Shown: positions 1 through 10,385 of the stretch, one piece after another
Layout: each line of letters starts with the position of its first letter
Position numbering within the stretch: position 1 is the first letter of the stretch
Assembly: GCA_977017575.1 (NCBI GenBank)
Contig: CDRNVI010000058.1
Span: forward strand, 1 to 64,000
Length of the DNA stretch: 64,000 bases
DNA from: Paramoeba atlantica
Lineage: Eukaryota; Protista; Discosea
Direction of reading: 5' to 3'
The notes under the pieces: model-generated
What the model was told of the DNA's origin: nothing
What the model saw: only the letters and a program-made list of their open reading frames with translations
Database searches by the model: none
Program-made: the position numbers and the translations under genes

Positions 1-53
1 GCTAAAATTCTGGACTAAAAGTAGCCAAGACACCGACCTCATAAAGCGATGAA

Positions 54-83
54 TTGATGGAAAGGGGTTTTCAATTGACGGAT
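54..83. promoter_or_regulatory. Imperfect 9-bp direct repeat pair with 21-bp period (LytTR-type site candidate)
   Basis: TTGATGGAA at 54 and TTGACGGAT at 75; the same arrangement recurs at 2139/2160. Confidence 0.3.
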
Positions 84-540
84 GCCTATTTTGGGGATAC
101 GGATGCAGATTTTGAGCTTGTTTTTTAAGTTTTTACTTGCGCTTTGGCAAGGATATAGGGTGTTTAAATCAGAGGTTAGATACTATAGTTTTGAGATTGA
201 ATTTGATGGATAAAAGGCATAAGGTAAAAGGTTCTGGATAGTGGCTATGGAAGGTCAGAAGTCAGATGTTTGAGCTAGGATTTAATTGTTGAGTATGAGA
301 TTTGATACAGTGAAAGGTTTGACACTGAATCCGTTTGTTTTCTTCAATAACACCCTATTTTTGCGTTATCGGAGTTGTAAATTCTATGAACTGTTTTTGT
401 GCTGAAGAAGCATAGGGGCAAAAATAACAACGAGATTAGCTCTATTGTTTTAAAAACATCTGTTGGAATCCAATTCCTTCTTTTAGGGAGTTAAAGATAT
501 CTGACCACATTTTACTGGGTAAATTCAAGCGTTCCCTAAT

Positions 541-572
541 AAAAAGGCCCCTGGATTTTCCAGAGGCCTTTT
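541..572 (-). terminator. Rho-independent terminator of the lipoprotein gene
   Basis: Minus strand AAAAGGCCTCTGGA-AAA-TCCAGGGGCCTTTTT, a hairpin plus T-tract about 45 bp past the stop at 618. Confidence 0.7.
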
Positions 573-617
573 GGTATTTAGGTTTGGTTGGTTATTTATT
601 AATTAATCTTCTGGTTC

Positions 618-2018
618 TTATTCTGCTGGTGGTGCAGACCTGGTGTAACTAAGGTCACTCATATTCAATGGGTCAAATTCATTAACCCTGATCCACCAAT
701 AAGTGTCACTTTTTACATCCCAAACCCCAATTTTTGTGTGGTTCAAGGCTGTAAAATCAATAGAATCAGTAAAAACCTGTTCTTCTCCATTGATACTGGC
801 AGTAATTTCAAAATCATTTAAACGTAAGCGGGGTGTGCCGCCTGTGGACATAACAGTAAGGGCGCTCATAATATTGTTGAGACTACTATAGTTGTTAGGG
901 TTGCCCAAGGTACCATAAGGCCATGAAACATTGCCTCCGGCTCCAGCTTCCTCGTCCAGAATAACAAAGCGCAAACCAGTGGGGCCGCCAGTAACGGGTT
1001 CTGGAATTCCGGGAGATTCCTGATAGGAATCGTCTCCAGTTAGTAGGTACAGTAAATCAGACTCCTCTGGGTCATTGTGGATTGGAGCATTTCCTCCAAC
1101 ATTAGCCGCCCACCAAGCCACATTAAAGAAAGGTAATGGGGATGAGGATTGACGAGTAAATACAACAGTACCATCCTGGATACCTAGGTCGTCCTGGTTT
1201 TCTGGTAAGGTCCAATCAGCACCAAAGGGCATGGAAAAGTGTACAATTTCCACATTCTCTTCATCATCTTCATCTCCGTTTCCTGGCCAGATAACACCAG
1301 AAATGCCATCACAGTTATTGTCAACTCCATCTCCAAGGTCTTCATCTTGATCCGGGTTAACAAAGCTGAATTCATCATTACAGTCTGTATTGTCCAACAC
1401 ATAACTGTCAAAATCGGCAACGGTTTCTAGCGGTTTTGGGTTGTTAAAATCACCAAACCCATCCCCATCAGAATCCAAATACCATATAGCACCGGGATAT
1501 GCATTTTCGTTTTCATCATCCAAATCAGTACCGTTAGTTACGTAACCTTCTGGGATAGGACATCCTTCGATATCTTCTTCGGTTTCTGGATTTCCAAATC
1601 CGTCACCATCTTCATCTAGGTATTGTTTGAAAGGACCTTCTTCTATTATAATGGAATCGTCACAATCATCAGCGTTAGTTACATAACCTGCTGGGGGGGT
1701 TACAAGGCAGGTAAGTAGTTTGTTATTCAAATCTCCCAGGCCGTCTTCATCATCATCTTTAAAAAAGGTATTCCGTTCGGCGCAATCATTTGTGGTAATA
1801 CTTGAATCATTATCGTCCAAATCAGTATTGTCCACGACGTAACCGGCAGGTGGAGGAAGTGTGGCTACCCGAAGGGGTTTAGTTTGATCTCCAAATCCGT
1901 CACCATCTGAATCCAAATAAACGGTGTGCAGTTCAGCTATTTTGTCCTCTTCGCATGAGAAGAAAAGTGCAAAACAGGCCAGCAGAAAGAGGCTGTAATA
2001 AATTCTTGGGTTTTTCAT
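618..2018 (-). CDS. Bacteroidetes lipoprotein with acidic YxDxDGDGFG / MopE-like putative metal-binding repeats
   Basis: ATG at 2018 gives MKNPRIYYSLFLLACFALFFSC (signal peptide plus lipobox Cys); four (Y/F)xDxDxDGxG repeats; a DCND...NP...E..GDGVDNNCDG motif. Confidence 0.85.
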   Translation of the reverse strand: MKNPRIYYSLFLLACFALFFSCEEDKIAELHTVYLDSDGDGFGDQTKPLRVATLPPPAGYVVDNTDLDDNDSSITTNDCAERNTFFKDDDEDGLGDLNNKLLTCLVTPPAGYVTNADDCDDSIIIEEGPFKQYLDEDGDGFGNPETEEDIEGCPIPEGYVTNGTDLDDENENAYPGAIWYLDSDGDGFGDFNNPKPLETVADFDSYVLDNTDCNDEFSFVNPDQDEDLGDGVDNNCDGISGVIWPGNGDEDDEENVEIVHFSMPFGADWTLPENQDDLGIQDGTVVFTRQSSSPLPFFNVAWWAANVGGNAPIHNDPEESDLLYLLTGDDSYQESPGIPEPVTGGPTGLRFVILDEEAGAGGNVSWPYGTLGNPNNYSSLNNIMSALTVMSTGGTPRLRLNDFEITASINGEEQVFTDSIDFTALNHTKIGVWDVKSDTYWWIRVNEFDPLNMSDLSYTRSAPPAE

Positions 2019-2138
2019 AATCGTAAAAATTTTAAATTGGGTTAGAGTTAACATTCTTTTTAATCCTTTCTTTTTATGGTTTGTGGTGAAAGGAATGTGG
2101 CGAAATTACTTTGACGAACTACTTTTTTTGTGTGCCAA

Positions 2139-2168
2139 TTGATGAATGCCCGTTTTGAATTGACGGAT
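2139..2168. promoter_or_regulatory. Direct repeat pair with 21-bp period upstream of the lipoprotein gene
   Basis: TTGATGAAT at 2139 and TTGACGGAT at 2160, with a third TTGACGAAC at 2111. Confidence 0.35.
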
Positions 2169-2377
2169 GAGGGTTTTGAGCGGAGGGATGTGTGAAATCG
2201 GCATCAGAAGTCAGAGGTCAGAAGTTGGAAGACAGATGTTTGAAGCTTGAACTTGAATTTAGGATAGACCAAAAGGGTAAAGGGAGAAAGGTGTTGGGCG
2301 TGAGCTACAAGAAATTAGACATGAGTAGTCCAATGCTGGAAGACAGTTGTTTGAATTTGATAAAAAGTGCTGGTAAC

Positions 2378-2408
2378 AAAAAAAGCCCTGGAAATTCCAA
2401 GGCCTTTT
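2378..2408 (-). terminator. Rho-independent terminator of the leu operon
   Basis: Minus strand AAGGCCTTGGA-ATT-TCCAGGGCTTTTTTT, 20 bp after the leuB stop. Confidence 0.75.
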
Positions 2409-2427
2409 AAATTTTGTGAATCAATTG

Positions 2428-3483
2428 CTATAGGTTAGTGGCTAGCCAGTCACCTACTTCGCTGGTTTTATAGGCCTTTCCACCGTCTGCCAAATCTTCT
2501 GTCACAATTCCTTCGGCCAAGGATTTGTTGACCACATCCCGAATGGCTTGAGCTTCGGCGGCCAAATCTAAATCCTCAAATAACATGGCAGCAGAAAGTA
2601 CGGTGGCCAATGGGTTGGCAATATCCTTGCCAGCAGCTTGTGGGTACGATCCATGGATGGGTTCGTACAAAGAAACATTACTTCCAACAGATGAAGAAGG
2701 CATCAATCCCATGGAACCGGAAATAACCGAAGCTTCATCCGTTAAAATATCCCCAAAAAGGTTGGCAGTAATGATTACATCGTATCCTTTGGGCCATTGA
2801 ATCAATCGCATAGCTACGGCATCTACAAACTCGTAGGACACTTCCACTTCGGGATATTCCTTCTCCATAGCCTGCACGGTTTCTCTCCAAAGTCTGGAAG
2901 CCTCCAAAACGTTCGCCTTGTCTACACAACAAAGCTTTTTACCTCTTTTGAGCGCCATTTCAAAACCTTTACGAGCCAAACGTTCTACCTCAAAGCGTTG
3001 GTAGGTCATGGTGTCAAAGGCGGTGTCTCCATTATCTTTACGTCCTCTTTCGCCAAAATATACCCCGCCTGTGAGTTCTCTCAAAATAATGAGGTCCGTT
3101 CCCTCAATTCGTTCCCGTTTTAGCGGAGACTTATCAATTAAGGAAGGAAATGTAAATGTTGGACGTACATTGGCAAAAAGCCCTAATTTTTGTCGCATCT
3201 TCAAAAGACCTTGTTCGGGACGAACTTTGGCTGATGGGTCGTTATCAAAACGTGGATGACCTATCGCACCAAAAAGAACAGCATCGGAATTGGTGCAAAT
3301 TTCATGGGTTTCATCTGGATAGGGTTCTCCAACAGCATCAATTGCCGCCGCACCTGTCAAAGCGGGTGTCCAACTAATTTGGTGATTAAATTTATCAGCA
3401 ATTGCATTGGATACTTTCACGGCCTGATCTACCACTTCGGGACCAATTCCGTCTCCAGCTAAAAGAGCTATGTTTAGTTTCAT
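2428..3483 (-). CDS. leuB: 3-isopropylmalate dehydrogenase
   Basis: IALLAGDGIGPEV, LFANVRP, RELTGGVYFG, DKANVL, NLFGDILTDEA and EPIHGSYP motifs. Confidence 0.98.
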   Translation of the reverse strand: MKLNIALLAGDGIGPEVVDQAVKVSNAIADKFNHQISWTPALTGAAAIDAVGEPYPDETHEICTNSDAVLFGAIGHPRFDNDPSAKVRPEQGLLKMRQKLGLFANVRPTFTFPSLIDKSPLKRERIEGTDLIILRELTGGVYFGERGRKDNGDTAFDTMTYQRFEVERLARKGFEMALKRGKKLCCVDKANVLEASRLWRETVQAMEKEYPEVEVSYEFVDAVAMRLIQWPKGYDVIITANLFGDILTDEASVISGSMGLMPSSSVGSNVSLYEPIHGSYPQAAGKDIANPLATVLSAAMLFEDLDLAAEAQAIRDVVNKSLAEGIVTEDLADGGKAYKTSEVGDWLATNL

Positions 3484-3550
3484 ATGTTGTTGTTGGGTTA
3501 TTTAGTTATTGAATTGTCTTGAATCGTGTTTTTGCTAATTTTTGGTCTAT

Positions 3551-5068
3551 CTAAAAGAGATTGAGCATTTTCTCCGTCGCCTTTATGGCAGACACGGTTT
3601 GATCGGAATCCAGTCCGCGGGTGGTAAAATCTTTTTCTTTGGTTTGCCAGGTGATTATGGTCTCGCACAGCGCATCTGAGTTACTCCCTGGAGGAATACG
3701 TACAGCATAATCTACTAGTTTAGGTAATTCTACTTTCTCTTTCTGATATATTTTTTTTAACGCATTGATAAACGCATCAAACTGCCCATCTCCTTGCGCA
3801 TTTTCTTCATGGATCTTTCCATCTATCTCAATGGATAGGGTAGTGGAGGGCTTTAACCCTTTAGAATGTGTAAGCACATATGATTTTACAAAAACCCGTT
3901 GCTGGTACAATTGGGAATCCAGCACATCTGAAATTATGTAAGGAAGGTCTTCTTTGGTTACCCGTTCCTTTTTGTCGCCAAGTTCAATAATTCGCTCCGT
4001 TACTTTTTTAAGCTCTTCTTCATTTAACGTTAGTCCCAGTTCTTGAAGGTTCTTTTGAATGTTGGCTTTACCGGATGTTTTGCCGAGGGCATATTTTCGT
4101 TTTCTACCAAATCGCTCAGGAAGCAGGTCATTAAAGTAAAGATTCTTTTTACTGTCACCATCTGCATGTATGCCAGCAGTTTGCGTAAAAACGTTATCCC
4201 CAACAATAGGTTTGTTGTCCGGAATACCGAAACCTGTAAAAGTTGAAACCAATTTACTCACTTTGTACAGAGAAGATTCTTTAACCCCTATCGAAATTTG
4301 TGGCATAAAATCGTTGATAACGGCAACGACACTGGCCAAAGGAGCGTTTCCGGCCCGCTCTCCCATGCCATTTACTGTAAGATGCAAGCCATGGCACCCT
4401 GCCTTTATAGCCTCCATGACATTAGCTACGCTTAAATCGTAATCATTGTGTCCATGAAAATCGAAATGGGTGCCAGGGTATTTTTCAATGATTTGCTTTA
4501 GGAAACCAAAAGCTTCTTGATGGGTCAATATCCCTAAAGTATCTGGTAATAAGATTCGCTTGACTGGCTGTTTAGTCAAAAAGTCAAGGAATTTAAACAC
4601 ATATTCGGGGGAATTACGCATTCCGTTACTCCAGTCTTCCAGATACACGTTGGTTGTAATGCCCAGGGATTCAGCTTTGGCAATTACCTCCGTGATTTCC
4701 TTAAAATGTTGTTCAGGGGTTTTCTTCAATTGATGGGTAAGATGGTTAAGAGACCCCTTGGTCAACAAATTTTGCACCTTGGCACCAGTTTGTTCCATCC
4801 AATCCAGGGAAACACCCTTATCCACAAAGGTCAAGACCTCCACTCTGGCTAGATGCCCTTCCAATTTGGCCCAATCCGTGATATCCTTTACGGCCCTAAA
4901 TTCCCCATCAGAAACTCGTGCAGAGGCCACTTCGATACGATCCACCTGTAACTCTTCCAAAAGCAATTTGGCAAGTGTCAACTTTTCTGAAGAGGAAAAC
5001 GATACCCCGGAGGTTTGCTCACCATCACGAAGGGTGGTGTCCATTATTTCAATGGTCCTTTGTGCCAT
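3551..5068 (-). CDS. cimA: (R)-citramalate synthase / LeuA-family DRE-TIM enzyme with C-terminal regulatory domain
   Basis: DTTLRDGEQ, HGHND and GMGERAGN motifs; the GVSFSSSEKL...VDRIEVASARVS N-terminus matches the Leptospira/Bacteroidetes CimA type; lies between leuD and leuB. Confidence 0.8.
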   Translation of the reverse strand: MAQRTIEIMDTTLRDGEQTSGVSFSSSEKLTLAKLLLEELQVDRIEVASARVSDGEFRAVKDITDWAKLEGHLARVEVLTFVDKGVSLDWMEQTGAKVQNLLTKGSLNHLTHQLKKTPEQHFKEITEVIAKAESLGITTNVYLEDWSNGMRNSPEYVFKFLDFLTKQPVKRILLPDTLGILTHQEAFGFLKQIIEKYPGTHFDFHGHNDYDLSVANVMEAIKAGCHGLHLTVNGMGERAGNAPLASVVAVINDFMPQISIGVKESSLYKVSKLVSTFTGFGIPDNKPIVGDNVFTQTAGIHADGDSKKNLYFNDLLPERFGRKRKYALGKTSGKANIQKNLQELGLTLNEEELKKVTERIIELGDKKERVTKEDLPYIISDVLDSQLYQQRVFVKSYVLTHSKGLKPSTTLSIEIDGKIHEENAQGDGQFDAFINALKKIYQKEKVELPKLVDYAVRIPPGSNSDALCETIITWQTKEKDFTTRGLDSDQTVSAIKATEKMLNLF

Positions 5069-5131
5069 AGGTATCTTTCTTACAATAGTTTGACACTACT
5101 TTCACGGATGGACATATGTTAAAGTAGTGAG

Positions 5132-5728
5132 TTATAGGGGTGTATTTTGTGCAAAATCCTCAATGTTGTTTTTGATGTTCAATAAAAAGTCAATGTCATC
5201 AAATCCATTGAGCATGTTCTCTTTTTTATAATTGTTGATGGCGAAGCTTTCCTGTTCCCCGCTTTCTGCGAGGGTAATGGTCTGTTCCGGCAAATTAATT
5301 TCCAGTTCCGCATTAGGATTGGACTCGATGGCTTTAAAAATTTTATCCAAAAACTCTGGACTTACCTGAACGGGAAGTACACCAATGTTTAGACAGTTGT
5401 TTCTAAAGATATCAGCAAAGAAACTGGAAACCACACAGCGAAACCCATAGTCGTACACGGCCCATGCGGCATGCTCTCTGGAAGAACCTGAACCGAAGTT
5501 TTTTCCGCCCACTAATATCTGTCCACTATAGATAGGGTTATTTAGTACAAAATGTTCTTTTGGTGAATCATCAGAGTTGTATCTCCAGTCTCTAAATAAA
5601 TTGTCGCCAAAGCCCTTTCTTTCTGTCGCTTTTAAGAAGCGTGCAGGAATTATTTGGTCCGTATCTACATTCTCAATAGGTAATGGAACTGCAGAACTTG
5701 TAAGTATATTGAATTTATCGTATGCCAT
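5132..5728 (-). CDS. leuD: 3-isopropylmalate dehydratase small subunit
   Basis: NVDTDQIIPARFL, NFGSGSSREHAAWA and SSFFADIFRNN motifs. Confidence 0.98.
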   Translation of the reverse strand: MAYDKFNILTSSAVPLPIENVDTDQIIPARFLKATERKGFGDNLFRDWRYNSDDSPKEHFVLNNPIYSGQILVGGKNFGSGSSREHAAWAVYDYGFRCVVSSFFADIFRNNCLNIGVLPVQVSPEFLDKIFKAIESNPNAELEINLPEQTITLAESGEQESFAINNYKKENMLNGFDDIDFLLNIKNNIEDFAQNTPL

Positions 5729-5773
5729 TTTTATTCAGTTATCAATTAACAGGAATCAGTTATCACAAAGGAT

Positions 5774-7183
5774 TTACGCTTCTTGAAGTTCCAAGAGTTC
5801 CCTAGGATCCGTTACCTTACCAGTAACAGCCGCCGCCGCAGCCACCAATGGACTTGCTAAAAGGGTACGTGCCCCTGGGCCTTGTCTCCCTTCAAAGTTT
5901 CTGTTGGAGGTGCTTACCGCGTATTTCCCTGCTGGAATCTTATCATCGTTCATGGCCAAACATGCCGAACAACCAGGTTCCCGCAATTCAAAACCAGCTT
6001 CTTGCAAAATGTCCAAAATGCCTTCTTCCTTAATGGCTTCTTCCACGCGGTGAGATCCCGGTACTAGCCAAGCCGTAACATTATCCGCTTTTCTTCTTCC
6101 TTTGATGATGGAGGCAAATGCCCTAAAATCTTCTATTCTGCCATTAGTGCAACTTCCTAGAAATACAAAGTCGATGGGTTTGCCAATCATGGTGTCCCCT
6201 TCATTGAAAGCCATATACTCCAGGGATTTTTTGTAGGTGGCAGCACCACCTTCCACTGTTTCAGCCTGAGGAATATCTTTTTGTATACCCATTCCCATAC
6301 CCGGGTTGGTTCCATAGGTAATCATGGGTTCTATCTCAGATGCACTAAAGGAAATTTCTTTATCGAAAATAGCATCTTCATCTGTGTATAATTGTTCCCA
6401 GTAAGTCATGGCCTTGCTCCATGCCTCTCCTTTAGGAGCATACTCTCTTCCTTGTATGTAATCGAAGGTTTTATCATCTGGGGCGATTATTCCACCACGA
6501 GCACCCATTTCTATACTAAGGTTACAAACCGTCATTCTGCCCTCCATGGACATGTTTCGGAAAACTTCTCCTGAATATTCCGCAAAATAACCTGTGGCTC
6601 CGGAGGTCGTTAACTTTGAAATAATGAACAAGGCAACGTCCTTGGGTGTTACGGCCCTATTTAGTTCCCCGTCAATATTAATACGCATGCTTTTTGGTTT
6701 GGGCTGCATAATGCATTGTGTAGACAATACCATTTCAACCTCACTGGTTCCAATTCCAAAAGCAATGGCTCCAAAAGCACCGTGGGTAGAGGTATGGGAA
6801 TCGCCACACACAATGGTGGCACCTGGAACTGTGATACCGTTTTCTGGACCAATAACATGGACAATTCCATTTTTCTCATGCCCAAGACCCCAATAAGGAA
6901 TGTTGTGGGCTTTGGAATTTTCCTCCAACGCTTTTAACTGGTTGGCGGAAAGTTTGTCCTTAACGGGCAAGTGTTGGTTTATGGTTGGGGTATTGTGGTC
7001 GGCTGTGGCAAAAGTGCGTTCCGGATATAACACCTGGATGCCCCTCTTTTTTAGTCCGAGGAAAGCCACCGGGCTTGTGACCTCATGCACCAAATGTCTA
7101 TCAATAAAAAGTACATCGGGACCATTTTCTATACGCTGTACCACATGGGAATCCCAAACCTTATCAAAGAGTGTTTTACTCAT
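5774..7183 (-). CDS. leuC: 3-isopropylmalate dehydratase large subunit
   Basis: ATG at 7183 ([10 protein letters not shown]); [40 protein letters not shown] and [12 protein letters not shown] motifs. Confidence 0.98.
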   Translation of the reverse strand: MSKTLFDKVWDSHVVQRIENGPDVLFIDRHLVHEVTSPVAFLGLKKRGIQVLYPERTFATADHNTPTINQHLPVKDKLSANQLKALEENSKAHNIPYWGLGHEKNGIVHVIGPENGITVPGATIVCGDSHTSTHGAFGAIAFGIGTSEVEMVLSTQCIMQPKPKSMRINIDGELNRAVTPKDVALFIISKLTTSGATGYFAEYSGEVFRNMSMEGRMTVCNLSIEMGARGGIIAPDDKTFDYIQGREYAPKGEAWSKAMTYWEQLYTDEDAIFDKEISFSASEIEPMITYGTNPGMGMGIQKDIPQAETVEGGAATYKKSLEYMAFNEGDTMIGKPIDFVFLGSCTNGRIEDFRAFASIIKGRRKADNVTAWLVPGSHRVEEAIKEEGILDILQEAGFELREPGCSACLAMNDDKIPAGKYAVSTSNRNFEGRQGPGARTLLASPLVAAAAAVTGKVTDPRELLELQEA

Positions 7184-7267
7184 CGTTGTATTCAATAATT
7201 AATAAGCTGGTAAATTTAAAATATGAAAAGCGAAAGCTTCCTTATTTAGTTTGGGAAATTACGATGT

Positions 7268-8086
7268 AAACAAAGGTCTTCAAAAAAACAAAGGTCTTCA
7301 AAAAACAAAGGTCTTCAAAAAAACAAAGGTCTTCAAAAAAACAAAGGTCTTCAAAAAAACAAAGGTCTTCAAAAAAACAAAGGTCTTCAAAAAAACAAAG
7401 GTCTTCAAAAAAACAAAGGTCTTCAAAAAAACAAAGGTCTTCAAAAAAACAAAGGTCTTCAAAAAAAACAAAGGTCTTCAAAAAAACAAAGGTCTTCAAA
7501 AAAACAAAGGTCTTCAAAAAAACAAAGGTCTTCAAAAAAACAAAGGTCTTCAAAAAAAACAAAGGTCTTCAAAAAAACAAAGGTCTTCAAAAAAACAAAG
7601 GTCTTCAAAAAAACAAAGGTCTTCAAAAAAACAAAGGTCTTCAAAAAAACAAAGGTCTTCAAAAAAACAAAGGTCTTCAAAAAAACAAAGGTCTTCAAAA
7701 AAAAACAAAGGTCTTCAAAAAAACAAAGGTCTTCAAAAAAACAAAGGTCTTCAAAAAAACAAAGGTCTTCAAAAAAACAAAGGTCTTCAAAAAAACAAAG
7801 GTCTTCAAAAAAACAAAGGTCTTCAAAAAACAAAGGTCTTCAAAAAACAAAGGTCTTCAAAAAAACAAAGGTCTTCAAAAAAACAAAGGTCTTCAAAAAA
7901 ACAAAGGTCTTCAAAAAAACAAAGGTCTTCAAAAAAACAAAGGTCTTCAAAAAAATAAAGGTCTTCAAAAAAACAAAGGTCTTCAAAAAAACAAAGGTCT
8001 TCAAAAAAACAAAGGTCTTCAAAAAAACAAAGGTCTTCAAAAAAACAAAGGTCTTCAAAAAAACAAAGGTCTTCAAAAAAACAAAG
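7268..8086. repeat. 18-bp tandem array (AAAAAAACAAAGGTCTTC) x ~45
   Basis: Directly visible; variation is almost only in A-tract length, plus one C>T change near 7956. Confidence 0.97.
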
Positions 8087-8644
8087 TTTTAAGAGATCAC
8101 TATACTCTTTTCCTCGTGTAAATCCAAAATTGGGCTTTTTTGAACTTGAATGCAAAACTATCCACCTGCAAAGGTCTTTCCCAAGGTATTGGTAAAATGG
8201 GTTGCCTGCATTTTTAACCATTCTCTGAAACTTCAAAACATTAAAAAGTTGTTTCTGATCAATATGGTTCCTCACGTAGTCGTATGAAAGGGCCCCAGAT
8301 GAAGGATTAACAAAATTGTCTTGAAAAAGACCAAGAACATCTCTACATACACTTTCTGCTTCCTTCTTTAAAAGATTGTGAAACGTGATGCTCAACATGC
8401 TCGCACAAGTAAAGTTAACGGCTCCACCCTCCGGGTCTAACACGAATTGGTCCCCGCTCGACGTGGAAATTCCTATGGGTTGAGAAAGAGAAGAAAACAG
8501 GATTACGGAGTATCGTTGGAGATGTTTTGGCGTGACGCATACCTTCTGTTTGAAAATATCGCTTTCCTCGATTTCAACATCTGGCACCCCATCCACAAAT
8601 ACCTTGCATGAGGGAGGGCTGAAAACTTGAAGCCCGAAATTCAT
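7823..8644 (-). CDS. Hypothetical protein whose 3' end runs into the 18-bp array (FFEDLC repeats)
   Basis: About 187 non-repetitive codons without a stop (8644 to ~8086); no recognisable family. Confidence 0.35.
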   Translation of the reverse strand: MNFGLQVFSPPSCKVFVDGVPDVEIEESDIFKQKVCVTPKHLQRYSVILFSSLSQPIGISTSSGDQFVLDPEGGAVNFTCASMLSITFHNLLKKEAESVCRDVLGLFQDNFVNPSSGALSYDYVRNHIDQKQLFNVLKFQRMVKNAGNPFYQYLGKDLCRWIVLHSSSKKPNFGFTRGKEYSDLLKLCFFEDLCFFEDLCFFEDLCFFEDLCFFEDLCFFEDLCFFEDLYFFEDLCFFEDLCFFEDLCFFEDLCFFEDLCFFEDLCFLKTFVF

Positions 8645-8889
8645 CAATTTGTTATTTTAAAAAAGTAGCGGACTGAGTAAATATTTTTGAAAATATCAAA
8701 AAAGATGAGTTCAAGATTTGAAACCCACTTCACACTGGAGGGTCCCCTGGCAAGGTGTATCTCGTGAGTTCTCGAGCAAAACGAAACTCAGTTATCGCAT
8801 GTGAAGCCGGGTAGCGCTAATTCAAGCATTTGAGTGGCAGGTTCTTTGTCCGCTCATGGGGGGGCTTTGGGCGATATCTTAATTATTAT

Positions 8890-8950
8890 ATTGCGGTGGT
8901 TGTATAACTACCACTCTACCCTCGATTATTGAAAAAAAAGTGAACAAAAA
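8890..8950 (-). repeat. ~60-bp dispersed repeat, copy 1 (inverted relative to the other copies)
   Basis: Reverse complement reads TTTTTGTTCACTTTTTTTTCAATAATCGAGGGTAGAGTGGTAGTTATACAACCACCGCAAT; it matches 22581-22638 and 59538-59597. Confidence 0.8.
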
Positions 8951-9242
8951 CAGTGAAAATATAAAGAGGAACACAGGGGGGGCATACCGCACGATTTTGT
9001 TTTTGAAATTGTTTTTTCGAAAAAAACCCGCAGAAGGGGGTAGCCGTGGTTGGCGCTTATTTTCCACCCCCTACCCGTGGGTGACCCCCCCTCGTATCCG
9101 CAGGACGGGTCCGCCAAGTTCGGATGTTTTTGAAAAAAATTCAACTTGGCGCAAAAACTGGCAAAGAAAATATTTTTCAATATTCTTTCCCCTGTTGTAT
9201 TTTGATAGTTCGGGGCCTATTACTAGCTTTCTCGAATCCAAA

Positions 9243-9617
9243 AATCCAAATCCAAATCATTCCGGATTGCTCCGGATGGTCGCTGGCAAGCCAGACCCTT
9301 CACAGACAAATTTGGAAGTTCCGAAGCCGACGTCCTCTACCAGTTTCCGCTTGTCCAAGGCGGCACCAACGTGCTGTTACCAACCACGCTGCGTCGACGA
9401 ACTGTACGTCAACACGGCTCACCCAAGAGGTGTATGCCGGGTACGGGAGCTGGTTCCCTGAGGGGGAGGGTCCGGGACGGTCCTCCGAGTACTGGGCCTT
9501 AGTCGGTTATCAGCCCAGCCTCTTAGAGCGAGGCCGCCGGGAATATTGCGATGAGCGGGTTTGAACTCGCCGTCTGAGCACCATGTGCTTCAAACTTTGA
9601 ATTCTTGCCACTCCGCC
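9243..9617 (+). repeat. ~370-bp dispersed element A, copy 1
   Basis: From AATCCAAATCATTCCGGATTGCTCCGG to GAATTCTTGCCACTCCGCC; near-identical to the copies at 10008, 11998 and 12942. Confidence 0.92.
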
Positions 9618-10007
9618 ACCTCCTCCACTCGGCCTTTGGTTTCTCGGCCTTTGGTTTCTCAAGGTATCTCTTCTTCGAGCCGTGGTGCGCCACTCAAAAT
9701 GACCCATTTTCGACTAAAATAGGTGAAAAAGTATTTTTCGGACCTCAAGGGGACTTTTTGGGTCGGAAGAATGGTGTTGTTGGGGTCCAATCCAAAATCC
9801 AATCCAATAGACCGACGTAAAGTCGGTTGAAAAACTTAATGTTTACACCTTGAAAGCTTTCATCTATCGCTTCCACGTTCAGAGTTTATATGTGTCTGAT
9901 ACGGTACAAACAAACAATATTTTCCGATAACCTATGAATAATCCTCAAGGTATTCTAAGTTGGCAAAGAAATAATTCCATCAATTCTCTCCCTACTTAGA
10001 CGGTTAC

Positions 10008-10385
10008 GCGGAGTAGCAAGAATTCAAAGTTTCAAGCACGTGGTGCTCAGACGGCGAGTTCAAACCCGCCCATCGAAATATTCCTGGCGGCCTCACTCTA
10101 AGAGGCTGGGCTGATAACCGACTAGGCCCAGTACTCGGAGGACCGTCCCGGACCCTCTCCTCAGGGAACCAGCTCCCTTACCCGGCTTACACCTCTTGGG
10201 TGAGCCGTGTTGACGTACAGTTCGTCGACGCAGCGACGTGTTGGCAACAGCACGTTGGTGCCGCCTTGGACAAGCGGAAACTGGTAGAGGACGTCGGCCT
10301 CGGAACTTCCAAATCTGTCTGTGAAGGGTCTGGCTTGCCAGTGGCCATCCGGAGCAATCCGGAATGATTTGGATTTGGATTGGAT
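10008..10385 (-). repeat. Element A, copy 2 (inverted)
   Basis: Reverse complement of copy 1 over its whole length; ends in GGATTT/GGATT repeats. Confidence 0.92.

Noticed and set aside
3551-5068. leuA
   Set aside because: The N-terminal signature and the position between leuD and leuB fit the CimA type better.
7242-8076. Long ORFs in several frames of array 1 (KKTKVF, LKTFVF, KKQRSS)
   Set aside because: They are by-products of an 18-bp unit lacking stops in most frames.
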